Below are positions 1 to 9,004 of a stretch of 60,607 bases of DNA, in pieces (the first letter of the stretch is position 1; the number at the start of each line of letters is the position of its first letter). Under the pieces are notes generated by a model. The model was not told the DNA's origin. It was given only the letters and a program-made list of their open reading frames with translations, and did not search any database. The stretch comes from an uncultured Gemmatimonadaceae bacterium (GTDB lineage Bacteria > Gemmatimonadota > Gemmatimonadetes > Gemmatimonadales > GWC2-71-9): positions 1 to 60,607 of the forward strand of contig CAZTIV010000010.1 in NCBI GenBank assembly GCA_964613905.1, written 5' to 3'. A program made the position numbers and the translations under genes.

Positions 1-873
1 CGCCGCGCCCGCCCCCACAATGGTATGCAGCTCGTCGATGAAGACCACAAACCGGCCTTCCTCGCTGGTGATCTCCTTGAGCACCGCCTTGAGTCGCTCC
101 TCGAACTCGCCCCGGTACTTGGCCCCGGCAAGCAGCTGTCCGATGTCCAGCACGATGAGATGCTTGCCCCGCAGCGTCTCCGGCACGTCACCGTCCACGA
201 TCCGCTGTGCCAGGCCTTCGACGATGGCCGTCTTCCCTACTCCGGGATCACCCACGAGCACCGGGTTGTTCTTGGTGCGGCGCGACAGTACCTGCACCAC
301 GCGCCGGATCTCCTCATCGCGCCCGATTACCGGATCGAGCTTCCCCTGACGAGCGAGATCGGTGAGATCACGCGTGTACCGCTCGAGCGCCTGATACTTC
401 CCCTCCGGCTCGACATCCGTGACGCGATGGCTCCCCCGCACCGCCTCGAGTGCCTTGAGCAGCACGTCTGTCGTCACGCCTCGCTGGCTCAGCAGCTCGC
501 GCGCAGTCGTACCCTTCGTATCCACCAGGCCGAGCAGGAGATGCTCGGTGGATACATAGGCATCGCCCAGATCCTTCGCGTACTTTTCGGCCCGGTCGAG
601 CGCCTGTGACAACTCGCGCGCCACGGTAGGCTGCGACCCACCGCCATCCTGTACCGGAAGTCGCGCAATCTCCTGCTCGGCCGAAGCCTGCAGCTCAGCC
701 AGATGGAGCCCCGCCTTCTGAAGCACAGGACCCGCAATGCTCTCATCCTGCGTAAGCAGCACCCGGAAAAGGTGCGCATCGTTCACGACCGGATTGCCGC
801 GATCGCGCGCAACAGATACGGCCTGCTGGATGGCCTCGCCGGCTTTGACGGTCAGTCTCTCTGGTCGAATCAA
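1..873 (-). CDS. clpB: ClpB disaggregase chaperone, N-terminal part (gene continues past the left edge)
   Basis: The minus-strand frame is open and runs off the window edge, so it is absent from the ORF track. Reverse-complement translation around 200-330 reads [41 protein letters not shown], the ClpB/Hsp104 NBD1 Walker A region. The N-terminus reads (M)[35 protein letters not shown], a Clp N-domain. Start taken as TTG at 873; GTG at 882 is also possible. Confidence 0.9.
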   Translation of the reverse strand, partial: MIRPERLTVKAGEAIQQAVSVARDRGNPVVNDAHLFRVLLTQDESIAGPVLQKAGLHLAELQASAEQEIARLPVQDGGGSQPTVARELSQALDRAEKYAKDLGDAYVSTEHLLLGLVDTKGTTARELLSQRGVTTDVLLKALEAVRGSHRVTDVEPEGKYQALERYTRDLTDLARQGKLDPVIGRDEEIRRVVQVLSRRTKNNPVLVGDPGVGKTAIVEGLAQRIVDGDVPETLRGKHLIVLDIGQLLAGAKYRGEFEERLKAVLKEITSEEGRFVVFIDELHTIVGAGAA

Positions 874-911
874 ATGCCTCACTCCGTCATCGTGTAGATC
901 CCAGTGCTATT

Positions 912-1004
912 GTGAGCGGTGAGCGGTGAGCGGTGAGCGGTGCACGGGTAATTCATCCACGGCTCACTGCTCACTGCTCACTTTGTCACTGCTCACTGCT
1001 CACG
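912..1004. repeat. Two opposed arrays of a 7-nt repeat (4x GTGAGCG, spacer, about 6x GCTCACT)
   Basis: Read directly. GTGAGCG occurs four times at 912-939, followed by GTG at 940-942 and a 19-nt spacer at 943-961. GCTCACT-type units follow at 962-968, 969-975, 976-982, 983-990 (8-nt variant TTGTCACT), 991-997 and 998-1004. The arrays are reverse complements of each other except for the seventh base. Confidence 0.9.
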
Positions 1005-1066
1005 ATAGTGCAACGCCCATACCTCACAAATCTGCAAGATTGTCTTAACAGCGCCATAAAGACAGA

Positions 1067-1090
1067 CGCGCCGGTTGGAAAACCGGCGCG
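1067..1090 (-). terminator. Intrinsic-terminator-like hairpin after the 1129..1560 gene
   Basis: CGCGCCGGTT (1067-1076), GGAA loop, AACCGGCGCG (1081-1090) give a perfect 10-bp GC stem. On the minus strand it lies about 40 nt after the stop at 1129 and is followed by TCTGTCTTTAT. Confidence 0.6.
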
Positions 1091-1128
1091 CGTGTCAGAT
1101 ACGGGTGAAACGGGGTGAAGACGTAACC

Positions 1129-1560
1129 CTATTTCACCACGGTCATTTTTCTCGATTCCCGCTGGCCGTTCACGACCAACTGGTACACATAGACTCCCGA
1201 TGGCGCTTCGCGATCCGTACCCAGGATCCTGCCGTCCCAGTATGCGCTGAACTCTCCGGTGCCATTCCAATCCAACCGGATGTTGTCCAACGGCTCGCCG
1301 GTACCCTGCAGAACAGGCACCGCTACCAGCTGCGCCAGCACGTTGTAGATCCTGAGACTGACCAAAGGCCTCGATCCGTCGGCGAAGTAATCCTCATACC
1401 TCAACCGGAACGGAATCGTGGTCTCAGGATTCATGGGGTTCGGGTAGTTCTGACCCAGCTCTACCCTAGGCCCGTGCCGGGGGACCTCCTGGGCTTCGAT
1501 GAACCCGGGAATCACCACCAAGAGCCCGAGCAACATTGTTGCCCAGGCAACACTTCTCAT
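1129..1560 (-). CDS. Small secreted protein: signal peptide plus a FlgD-Ig-like / T9SS-type C-terminal sorting domain only
   Basis: ORF 1129..1560. The signal peptide MRSVAWATMLLGLLVVIPGFIEAQ is followed within about 12 residues by LGQNYPNPMNPETTIPFRL ... GVYVYQLVVNGQRESRKMTVVK. This is the hallmark pattern of these C-terminal sorting domains. Confidence 0.7.
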   Translation of the reverse strand: MRSVAWATMLLGLLVVIPGFIEAQEVPRHGPRVELGQNYPNPMNPETTIPFRLRYEDYFADGSRPLVSLRIYNVLAQLVAVPVLQGTGEPLDNIRLDWNGTGEFSAYWDGRILGTDREAPSGVYVYQLVVNGQRESRKMTVVK

Positions 1561-1643
1561 TACAGCTCCTGTCGAACAAGAAAAGGTGCCAGCCCGCTCC
1601 TTGGTTGTGTGTGCTATCTTACTGCGTCCTCACAAGTTAGGGT

Positions 1644-3539
1644 TTATCGAGAGGCTTTGTCAAGCACGGCCCGGGCCTTGGTGCCGAGCCTGCGTCCATC
1701 CCCTTCCCTTACCGTGAGCCCCTGCTGGTCCAGCCACTCCAGGAAGGGGATCAGATACTTCCTTGTAAGTCCAAGCCGATCACGCAGTTGCGCGGGCTGA
1801 GCGCGACCCGACCGCTCCACCTCAGCAAGTGTTACGGCCACCATGCGGTCCAATTGCCCGCTGGCGTAATACCTGTCCCGCCCCACCCGAGCCAACTCAC
1901 CCGACCGCGCCAGGTACTCTACTACCGGCTGAAGCGCCGCAGGATCCATTCCAAGATACCCGGCCAGCTCAGGAACGGTGCGACCCTCGAAACCCGCCGC
2001 CTCCAACGCCTCCCTGACCCCCTTGACCGCGCCATCCTCAAGGCCCGCCGCCGCCCGGTGCGTGCTCAGTCGCACCTGTCCCCCTTGAGCCACCACGACA
2101 CCCGCATCCGCCAGCTCGCGCACCACGTGATCTACCAACGAAACCGGAGACTTGAGCGATTGCCGCAGTTCCTCGAGCGACGCACCCGGTTCCAACGGGC
2201 GCTTGCGGTGGTATTCCGTCAGCAGAGATCGAATCCGCTCGCTCGCGCGATCTACCTCCACAAGCGGGTACAACGTGTCCTTCACGCAAACGCTGCCCGA
2301 AAGCATCTTCACGACTCGGTCGATTGCACCAGGGTCGACACCCATCCTTACCGGAAGCGCGTCGAGTGCCACGCCACTCGAGCCACGCTGCCCAACGAGC
2401 GCTTCGACCCGCTCGGCTTCCGGTTGATCAAACGCGATCGCGCCGACGGGGCGTCGTGGCCGAGCCGCCGGCCACGGATCCAGGATTCGGCCGCCGCCTG
2501 TGGTTGTTACAGGAGAATATGATCTGATTACGAAGCGGTCACCGTAACGCGCAACCAGCGGCGACTCGAGCCTCAGCCGAACTACACCGGAAGCACCCGG
2601 CTTGATCGGACCCTCTGCAGGGGTCACCCGCGCGAGCACCTCAGCCGTGCCATGGTGCACCCTGACGCGCGAGCGTTGGTTCAACGCGCGCGCGGAAGGC
2701 AGCAGTGTTATCAACGCATCCATGGCGTCGGTCTCGCGCCACCCCTCCGGCTTCACCACTACGGCCCCGCGACCTGTATCCGTCCTGGCAAGCCCGGCAA
2801 TCGCGAGCGCTGTCCGGCGCCCGGGTTCGGCCGCCTCCCGCGGCTCACCATGGACCTCGATACCGCGCACCCGTGCCCGGTGACCGCCCGGCAGAATCGT
2901 GACCTCGTCACCGACACTCACCGTCCCGCTCCATGTGGTACCGGTTACGACAGTGCCCGCGCCCGCCACACTGAATGCTCGGTCCACCGGCATGCGGAAC
3001 AGATCGTTGGCGGAGCGCAGCGCCGCGGCTCCCGCGGCTCGGGCGAGCGCCGCCTGGAGATCGCTGAGTCCCGCACCGCTGATGGCGGACACCGGTACCG
3101 CCGCCTCCCAGTGAATCCCCGTACCCTGCGCCCGCTCGAGCGCATCGTTCAGAACGAGATCCACCCAGTCGGCTTCCGCGAGGTCTGCCTTGGTCACGGC
3201 CAGTACACCATGCGTCACGGACAGGAAATCCAGGATGGCCAGATGCTCGATCGTCTGCGGCATTACCCCTTCGTCCGCGGCCACCACGAGCAACGCCACG
3301 TCAACACCGGTGGCACCAGCCACCATGTTGCGAACGAAATCCTCGTGCCCGGGAACGTCCACCACGCTCGCGGTGAGACCCTTGCCCAGATCGAGTGGTG
3401 CAAACCCCAGATCGATGGTGATCCCGCGCCGCTTCTCCTCCTCCCAACGGTCGGTGTCGATGCCCGTAAGCGCCTTGACCAACGCGGTCTTGCCGTGATC
3501 GACGTGGCCCGCCGTTCCTATCACAACGTGCCGGCTCAT
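1644..3539 (-). CDS. selB: Selenocysteine-specific translation elongation factor SelB
   Basis: ORF 1644..3860 trimmed to the ATG at 3539. MSRHVVIGTAGHVDHGKTALVKALTGIDTDRWEEEKRRGITIDLGF is an EF-Tu-like G domain, and the long C-terminal half is typical of SelB (about 631 aa). The ATG overlaps the recO stop (ATGA). Confidence 0.85.
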   Translation of the reverse strand: MSRHVVIGTAGHVDHGKTALVKALTGIDTDRWEEEKRRGITIDLGFAPLDLGKGLTASVVDVPGHEDFVRNMVAGATGVDVALLVVAADEGVMPQTIEHLAILDFLSVTHGVLAVTKADLAEADWVDLVLNDALERAQGTGIHWEAAVPVSAISGAGLSDLQAALARAAGAAALRSANDLFRMPVDRAFSVAGAGTVVTGTTWSGTVSVGDEVTILPGGHRARVRGIEVHGEPREAAEPGRRTALAIAGLARTDTGRGAVVVKPEGWRETDAMDALITLLPSARALNQRSRVRVHHGTAEVLARVTPAEGPIKPGASGVVRLRLESPLVARYGDRFVIRSYSPVTTTGGGRILDPWPAARPRRPVGAIAFDQPEAERVEALVGQRGSSGVALDALPVRMGVDPGAIDRVVKMLSGSVCVKDTLYPLVEVDRASERIRSLLTEYHRKRPLEPGASLEELRQSLKSPVSLVDHVVRELADAGVVVAQGGQVRLSTHRAAAGLEDGAVKGVREALEAAGFEGRTVPELAGYLGMDPAALQPVVEYLARSGELARVGRDRYYASGQLDRMVAVTLAEVERSGRAQPAQLRDRLGLTRKYLIPFLEWLDQQGLTVREGDGRRLGTKARAVLDKASR

Positions 3540-4276
3540 TGAGCCTCCCAGAGGTCCAGCGCCTTGAGAGCCCGACCGTCGTTCACGTGGCGGCCCGTGA
3601 AGCGAATGAACAGCCGACGGTGCGCCCGGAGATGCCGGTCTGGCAGATCCCTGCCGGGACCCGGATCGCCCGCCACGAAGGCGCGCAGCGCGGCACAATC
3701 CGGAGCGCTGAGCTTTGACACCGACAGCCCCCGCACACACCTGGCACACACGAAGCCGCCTTCGTTCAGGGCAAAACCGGACGGCTCGGGAACAGGCACT
3801 CCGCATACCGCACATGAGTCGAGCGACGGCGCGAAGCCAAGTATGGCCACCATGCTCCACAGTGCGACCAGAGAAACCGCCGGCGCGTCGGATGCCGGCG
3901 CCTCCGACAAGAGGTCGAGCATGGCAACCAGCAGATCGAATATCTCGGGGTGCGGATCGGCGGGAGCAAACCGCATCACGATCTCCGCCACGGCACTTGC
4001 GGCGGCGTAACGCTTAAGGTCGGAAGCAAGACCAGGACGCTGGCGCATGACGTCAAACTGCGACAGCGTCTGCAGTTCGCGCTGAGGCTTGATATACAGA
4101 AACGCGGTGCCCTCGCTCAGCGTCTCAAGGCTCGCTCCAAACTTGCTCCTCGGGCGCCGAGCCCCCTTGGCCATCGCGCTCTGCACCCCGAAATCCCGCG
4201 TGGCGAGCTTCACGATCCTGGACGTCTCGCCATACGGAAAGGCGTGCAGGATGACGGCGGGTGTGGTGTGGAGCAT
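3536..4276 (-). CDS. recO: DNA repair protein RecO
   Basis: ORF 3536..4276. MLHTTPAVILHAFPYGETSRIVKLATRDFGVQSAMAKGARRPRSKFG matches the RecO OB-fold N-terminus, and a CxxC...CxxC zinc motif (CAVCG...CARC) follows. Confidence 0.85.
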   Translation of the reverse strand: MLHTTPAVILHAFPYGETSRIVKLATRDFGVQSAMAKGARRPRSKFGASLETLSEGTAFLYIKPQRELQTLSQFDVMRQRPGLASDLKRYAAASAVAEIVMRFAPADPHPEIFDLLVAMLDLLSEAPASDAPAVSLVALWSMVAILGFAPSLDSCAVCGVPVPEPSGFALNEGGFVCARCVRGLSVSKLSAPDCAALRAFVAGDPGPGRDLPDRHLRAHRRLFIRFTGRHVNDGRALKALDLWEAQ

Positions 4277-4294
4277 GGGGGAAATGTAAACGGC

Positions 4295-6313
4295 TCACGG
4301 TCTTATTCGCCCTCCTATCATCACCGTCCTCCCACGCGCCGGGAAGCCGCGGACCTCTTCGTAGCGCCGGTCAAGTGCGTTCTCAACGCGCGCCGTGAGC
4401 GCAAACGGACCGGTTATGGAGGCATCGACCGCTACGTCAAGCACCGTGTATGACGGCAGCGTGACACGCTCGGGAGCGAACACCGTCACGAAATCCACCA
4501 CGCTCCAGTCAAGATCATCCCGGGATCCGGTGTGCCGCACCGCAAGGCTCATGGTGCCCCTGCCGAACGCCCGCCAGCTTCCGCGCACTACGGCGGCGTC
4601 GCCGGGACGGCGCAGCAGACGTTCTCCGGGAGTGAACGCGGCATCGCCGGCCGACTCGGTCACCCGGGTAATGAGGCGGGTGTACTGAGCTGACAGAGTG
4701 AGCGCCGACACCGGGCGTGCGATGAACTCGACCTCAACACCGTCCGCGCGGGCGGCAGACACATTGATGTAGTTGGGATCGCCCGGCTCCGCGGGAATGC
4801 CAACGAACTCGATCAGATTCCGGAACCGCTGGTTGAACCAGGTGAGCTGCAACACAGCTCGGCCGGTTGCCATCTCCTGCTCGAGTCCGGCCTCCCAACT
4901 GGCGGTTCGCTCCGGTCTCAGGTCGGGATCTCCCACCACGAATGCGCTGCCGTGCTGCTCGAAGAACGTGGGCGCCTTGAAACCGGTCCCGGCCGATACA
5001 TGTACCCGCGTTCCGGTGGGAATGCGGTATCCCGCCCCGCTCCGCACGGTCACAAACGTGCCGAACCGCTCGTTGTCGTCGAGGCGCGCTCCGGCATTCA
5101 ACGCCAGTCCGGGCGCCGCCTCACCTACCGTAATCTGCGCGTAACCGGCTCGATTGGTTCGCCGGGCGTCTGACGAGGAACTGAACGTGCCGAACTCACT
5201 CAGCGTTTCGTCCGCCAGTCGCTGCCGCTCCACTTCCGCCGCCACTCCGGCCGTGATGAGCGTCTGCCTAGCGAGTGTGAGGTCCAGCCGCGCATCCGCG
5301 CTGCGACGGGTAAGATCCCGCTGACTGCGGTATCCGAAGAAACCGACATTGTCATCTTCGTCATCCGGCTGGTCGTCTATCCCGCCGCCCACGTCGTGCA
5401 GCCCCAGCACGAGCCTCCCTTCCACCCCGCGCGCCAGGCGGCGGCCCAACTCCAGACCGAGCGTTACTGTCTCCGTCAGCTGATGCTGGTTCCGGTCTAC
5501 CAGGTTTCCGCTGCCATCGGTGGGAAAATGGAACACAGCATCCACGTAGCGCGCCGAAATGTCGGCCCATGTGTGCTCGTCCGGCCGGGCAACGATGCGG
5601 GCGCTCCCGGCCGTGTTCCGGTACTCATTGTTGAATGCGTACGCGCCGTCCGTCGTAAAGCGCCGGAGCCCGGCGCTCAAGGAAACGGCCGGACCACCGG
5701 CGGCAGCATCCGCTTTCCACTCCATTGTGTTGTGGGTTCCGGCTCGGAATGCTACCGATGCCTCCGGATCCCCTGCGCCGGTCCGGGTGAACACCTGCAC
5801 CACGCCGCTCACCGCATCCGAGCCATACAGCACACTTGCGGGCCCGCGCATGATCTCGATTCGCTCAACGTTGTCCAGCGGCAGGTCCGCAAAGCTGTAC
5901 GCCCCGCCGGGTTCGTTCACCGGAACTCCGTCCACCAGCACCCGTGTGAAGTCGGCCTCCCCCCCCCGCAGGAACAGCACGGCGTTGCCTCCCCATGAAC
6001 CCGTTTGAACGACCGCTCCAGTGGCAACGCGGAGTGCATCAACGAGCGACGTAACGCCGGCCGCTCTGAGGTCCTCTCCCGTAAAGACTGTAACCTGCGC
6101 CGTTACCGCTTCGCGCGGCATCGGGCTTCTGGTGGCGGTGACCACGATCGGTTCCAGCAGCCTGGTCGTATCACCAGTCTGGGCCGATAAGTCGGGTGCA
6201 GCAACGAACACCACCACTGCGATCGCACCGATGCAGCGAACCAGAGCGCGCGGCGGGAGACCCCCGGCGTCGCCTGGCTGAATCGATCCTGTCATCTCAA
6301 GACCCTTTCTCAT
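4295..6313 (-). CDS. btuB: TonB-dependent outer-membrane receptor, BtuB-like by context
   Basis: ORF 4295..6313. It has a signal peptide, the plug-domain motif IVVTATRSPMPREAVTAQVTVFTGEDLRAAGVTSLVDALR, and a long beta-barrel region. It is the last gene of a cobalamin-riboswitch-headed operon. An alternative ATG at 6295 would remove the overlap with the upstream gene. Confidence 0.8.
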   Translation of the reverse strand: MRKGLEMTGSIQPGDAGGLPPRALVRCIGAIAVVVFVAAPDLSAQTGDTTRLLEPIVVTATRSPMPREAVTAQVTVFTGEDLRAAGVTSLVDALRVATGAVVQTGSWGGNAVLFLRGGEADFTRVLVDGVPVNEPGGAYSFADLPLDNVERIEIMRGPASVLYGSDAVSGVVQVFTRTGAGDPEASVAFRAGTHNTMEWKADAAAGGPAVSLSAGLRRFTTDGAYAFNNEYRNTAGSARIVARPDEHTWADISARYVDAVFHFPTDGSGNLVDRNQHQLTETVTLGLELGRRLARGVEGRLVLGLHDVGGGIDDQPDDEDDNVGFFGYRSQRDLTRRSADARLDLTLARQTLITAGVAAEVERQRLADETLSEFGTFSSSSDARRTNRAGYAQITVGEAAPGLALNAGARLDDNERFGTFVTVRSGAGYRIPTGTRVHVSAGTGFKAPTFFEQHGSAFVVGDPDLRPERTASWEAGLEQEMATGRAVLQLTWFNQRFRNLIEFVGIPAEPGDPNYINVSAARADGVEVEFIARPVSALTLSAQYTRLITRVTESAGDAAFTPGERLLRRPGDAAVVRGSWRAFGRGTMSLAVRHTGSRDDLDWSVVDFVTVFAPERVTLPSYTVLDVAVDASITGPFALTARVENALDRRYEEVRGFPARGRTVMIGGRIRP

Positions 6314-7097
6314 CCCGTTTCAGAGGCACGAACTGCGGTATCGTCCCCCATGTGATCGTGGCTACCGGCCACCCGAATACCTTCTCCAGTACATCGCTCC
6401 GGAGCACATCGCCCGGAGTTCCCTGAGCCGTAACGACGCCGCCGGCCAGCATCACCAACCGGTCAACGAAACGCGCCGCGAGATTCACGTGATGGGTTAC
6501 CACCAGGCAGGTGAGCCCGCTCCTCCGCACCAGACCTTCCACCAGGTCGAACGTTTCCATCTCGTGCCTGATATCGAGGTTGGCCGTGGGCTCATCCAGC
6601 ACCAGCACGTCCGGCCGCTGGGCGAGCGCCCGCGCAATCCGCACGCGTTGCCATTCGCCCCCGGAAAGGGTGGCCGTCCATCGATCCGCAAGATGCGCCA
6701 CATCCGCCTGTTCCATGGACTCATCCACGGCGCCACGGTCATCGACCCCAAGCGGCTCAAGCGACCGCAGGTGGGGATAACGCCCGAGTGTCACCGCCTG
6801 CCTCACCTTGAGCGGAAACGCCGGCTCCTCGCGTTGCGACACGACGCCGATGCGACGCGCGAGATCACGGCGTTTCCACTCCACCGCCGGACGTCCGAAC
6901 ACGGCCACCGATCCTTCCGCCGGAGACAACACACCCAGCAGAAGGCGGATCAGCGTGGTCTTTCCGCTTCCGTTGGGACCCACAACGCCCACAAACTCGC
7001 CGGCACCCACTTCCAGTGTGAGATTCCTCAAGGCCCACGATTCAGCCCGGGGGTACCGATATCCGGCGCGGTCGGCCAGTATGGTCATGATGTCCAT
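6297..7097 (-). CDS. btuD: ABC transporter ATP-binding protein (BtuD/FepC-like)
   Basis: Walker A GPNGSGKTT, signature LSGGEWQRV and Walker B VLVLDEPT are seen in ORF 6297..7097. Confidence 0.8.
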   Translation of the reverse strand: MDIMTILADRAGYRYPRAESWALRNLTLEVGAGEFVGVVGPNGSGKTTLIRLLLGVLSPAEGSVAVFGRPAVEWKRRDLARRIGVVSQREEPAFPLKVRQAVTLGRYPHLRSLEPLGVDDRGAVDESMEQADVAHLADRWTATLSGGEWQRVRIARALAQRPDVLVLDEPTANLDIRHEMETFDLVEGLVRRSGLTCLVVTHHVNLAARFVDRLVMLAGGVVTAQGTPGDVLRSDVLEKVFGWPVATITWGTIPQFVPLKRDEKGS

Positions 7098-8056
7098 CGC
7101 CTGAGGAGAAACGCGAACACCGGCACACCCACTATGGCCGTGACCACACCCACCGGGAGCGTGAGCGGGGCGAACGCCGTTCGGGCAACGGCGTCGGCTC
7201 CGGTGAGCAGCACGCCTCCCAGCAGGAATGCGGCGGGCAGAAGCTCCCGGTGCATGTGTCCCCAGACGATTCGTATGGCGTGGGGGATGACCAGGCCCAC
7301 AAACCCTATGATGCCCGACACGGCCACCGCCGCCGCGGTAAGTAACGATGCTGCGATGTAAAGCCTGCGCTTGAGCGGTTCGACGTCCGCACCCAGGAAA
7401 CCGGCCGGTTCCTCTCCCAGTGACAGAAGGTCGAGCGGACGACTGGAGTTATACAGGACGGCAATTGGAATCACCGCATATGCGCCGAATATTCCGGCGG
7501 CCTGCCATGAGGCACCGTCGAATCCGCCCAGCAGCCAGTGAAGTGCGCTCTTCAGTTCCGCCGCGGGCGACAACGCCATGATAGCGCCCACGATGGCTGC
7601 GGCAAACGCACCCACCACCACACCTGCGAGGATCAGTACGCGTGTATCCAGCATGGCACCCGCCACTACGGCGAGCCGGTAAACGAGTGCGATGGCCATG
7701 AGCGCGCCTGCGGCTGCAGAGAGCGGCACCGCCCACACGCCGCCGATTCCAAACGCAATAGCCGCCACCGCACCCAGGCCCGCGCCACCGGAGATCCCCA
7801 GGAGATACGGATCGGCGAGCGGGTTTCTGACCAGCGCCTGGAGCACCGCCCCGGTGACCGCCAGACTGCCGCCAACCAGAAACGCAAGCAACGCGCGGGG
7901 AAGCCTGAGTTCTCTTACAATCGCGGTTGATGCGGCTTCACCTCGGCCCAGAATGCCGTCCAGCACTTCAGCGGGGCTTAAACCCGCCGGCCCCACGGTC
8001 ACTCCAACCGCAAGCGCCGCCACCGCAAGCACCGCGAGCATCACCCAACGCGTCAC
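7085..8056 (-). CDS. btuC: FecCD-family ABC permease (BtuC-like)
   Basis: ORF 7085..8185 trimmed to the GTG at 8056, which forms a GTGA overlap with the upstream stop. The polytopic membrane protein carries RLPRALLAFLVGGSLAVTGAVLQALVRNPLADPYLLGISGGA, typical of FecCD permeases (about 323 aa). Confidence 0.8.
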   Translation of the reverse strand: MTRWVMLAVLAVAALAVGVTVGPAGLSPAEVLDGILGRGEAASTAIVRELRLPRALLAFLVGGSLAVTGAVLQALVRNPLADPYLLGISGGAGLGAVAAIAFGIGGVWAVPLSAAAGALMAIALVYRLAVVAGAMLDTRVLILAGVVVGAFAAAIVGAIMALSPAAELKSALHWLLGGFDGASWQAAGIFGAYAVIPIAVLYNSSRPLDLLSLGEEPAGFLGADVEPLKRRLYIAASLLTAAAVAVSGIIGFVGLVIPHAIRIVWGHMHRELLPAAFLLGGVLLTGADAVARTAFAPLTLPVGVVTAIVGVPVFAFLLRRWTS

Positions 8057-8982
8057 GGCGCCGCTTCCCTGAGCTTCGCGGCGAGGGTACGCGCCGCTTC
8101 CAGAGCTCTGAACGACGGACGACTGTACTCCGTACCTTCGACCAGCACGAATCGCCGAGATCTCACGGCGTTTACCGTGCGCCACTCAGGCAACCTGGCC
8201 CACGAAGGATCGGGATCGCCTCCGGTGAGCAGGATGAGATCCGGCGAACGTGCAACAATGGTTTCGATACTGACCTGGCCTGAAGGCTGCCGCAGATTCC
8301 CGAACGCATTGATCCCGCCGGCCAGCGATACCAGTTCGGACAGGAAGCTCCCGCCGCCAATGACTATGGGCGGTTGTCGCCAAGCCAGTATCAATACTGA
8401 TGGTGGTGCAATTGTCGTGGTCACCGCTCGGGCCGAATCGAGTTCCGCCTCGAAGATGCGGGCCAGGCTGTCGGCCCGCCGCTCAGCGCCGGTAAGTTGT
8501 CCCAGCAGCCGAGCCCCGCGCGCCACGTCGTCCAGTCCGTCGGTCCTCAGGAAGAACGTCCGGATACCCAACCGCTCGAGCCGACGGGCCGGTTCGAGGT
8601 TCGAGGCGGAAGTGTAAAGGATGACGAGATCGGGACTGAGCGCGGCGATTGCCTCGACGTTGGGATTCAGTCCGTCACCAACATTCGCGACATCAAGCGC
8701 TTCGAGAGGATCGGTACACCACGCCGTCCGGCCCACCAAACGGTCGCCGGCGCCTATGTCGAACAGCAGCTCCGTGATGGCGGGAGCAAGCGACACGACG
8801 CGTCGAGCCGGTTCCGGTACGGCAACGGACCGGTCGAAGTCATCGTGCAGTTCCGGCGCAGTCGAAGTACGAGGCGATCCGCAACCGGCGACCAGTAACA
8901 CAACGGTCACCTGAAAAAACGATCGCGCTCCACTCCAACCTGCCCGGTGTGTGAGCGCGTCTGAAAACGTTCGCGACTCCAC
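8053..8982 (-). CDS. btuF: Periplasmic substrate-binding lipoprotein (BtuF-like, class III SBP)
   Basis: ORF 8053..9012. VVSLAPAITELLFDIGAGDRLVGRTAWCTDP is typical of BtuF/FhuD-type binding proteins, and there is a lipobox LLVAGC. The ORF's first 10 codons lie inside the riboswitch. GTG at 8982 is preceded by GGGAGGG, so I take it as the start. Confidence 0.7.
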   Translation of the reverse strand: MESRTFSDALTHRAGWSGARSFFQVTVVLLVAGCGSPRTSTAPELHDDFDRSVAVPEPARRVVSLAPAITELLFDIGAGDRLVGRTAWCTDPLEALDVANVGDGLNPNVEAIAALSPDLVILYTSASNLEPARRLERLGIRTFFLRTDGLDDVARGARLLGQLTGAERRADSLARIFEAELDSARAVTTTIAPPSVLILAWRQPPIVIGGGSFLSELVSLAGGINAFGNLRQPSGQVSIETIVARSPDLILLTGGDPDPSWARLPEWRTVNAVRSRRFVLVEGTEYSRPSFRALEAARTLAAKLREAAP

Positions 8983-9004
8983 CGGCCCTCCCGCGAGGGG
9001 TTGA

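Noticed and set aside
912-1004. I considered the heptamer arrays as a CRISPR array, or as a CIRCE or HAIR heat-shock operator.
   Set aside because: The units are 7 nt with no spacers, so this is not a CRISPR array. The sequence matches neither TTAGCACTC-N9-GAGTGCTAA (CIRCE) nor CTTGAGT-N7-ACTCAAG (HAIR). A TAGCACTG ... GAGTGAGG pair nearby has the wrong spacing.
3540-3860. N-terminal extensions of track ORFs, for example selB to 3860. Others are HPr to 16293, EIID to 16955, EIIB to 17718, nusB to 20834, mtaB to 35825, deoB to 39546, alr to 40708, the kinase to 45307 and GT2 from 47496.
   Set aside because: The extensions overlap the upstream gene, are Arg/Gly-rich with no homology, and each family's conserved N-terminus begins at an internal start codon. 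That internal start usually forms an NTGA overlap or follows a Shine-Dalgarno sequence.
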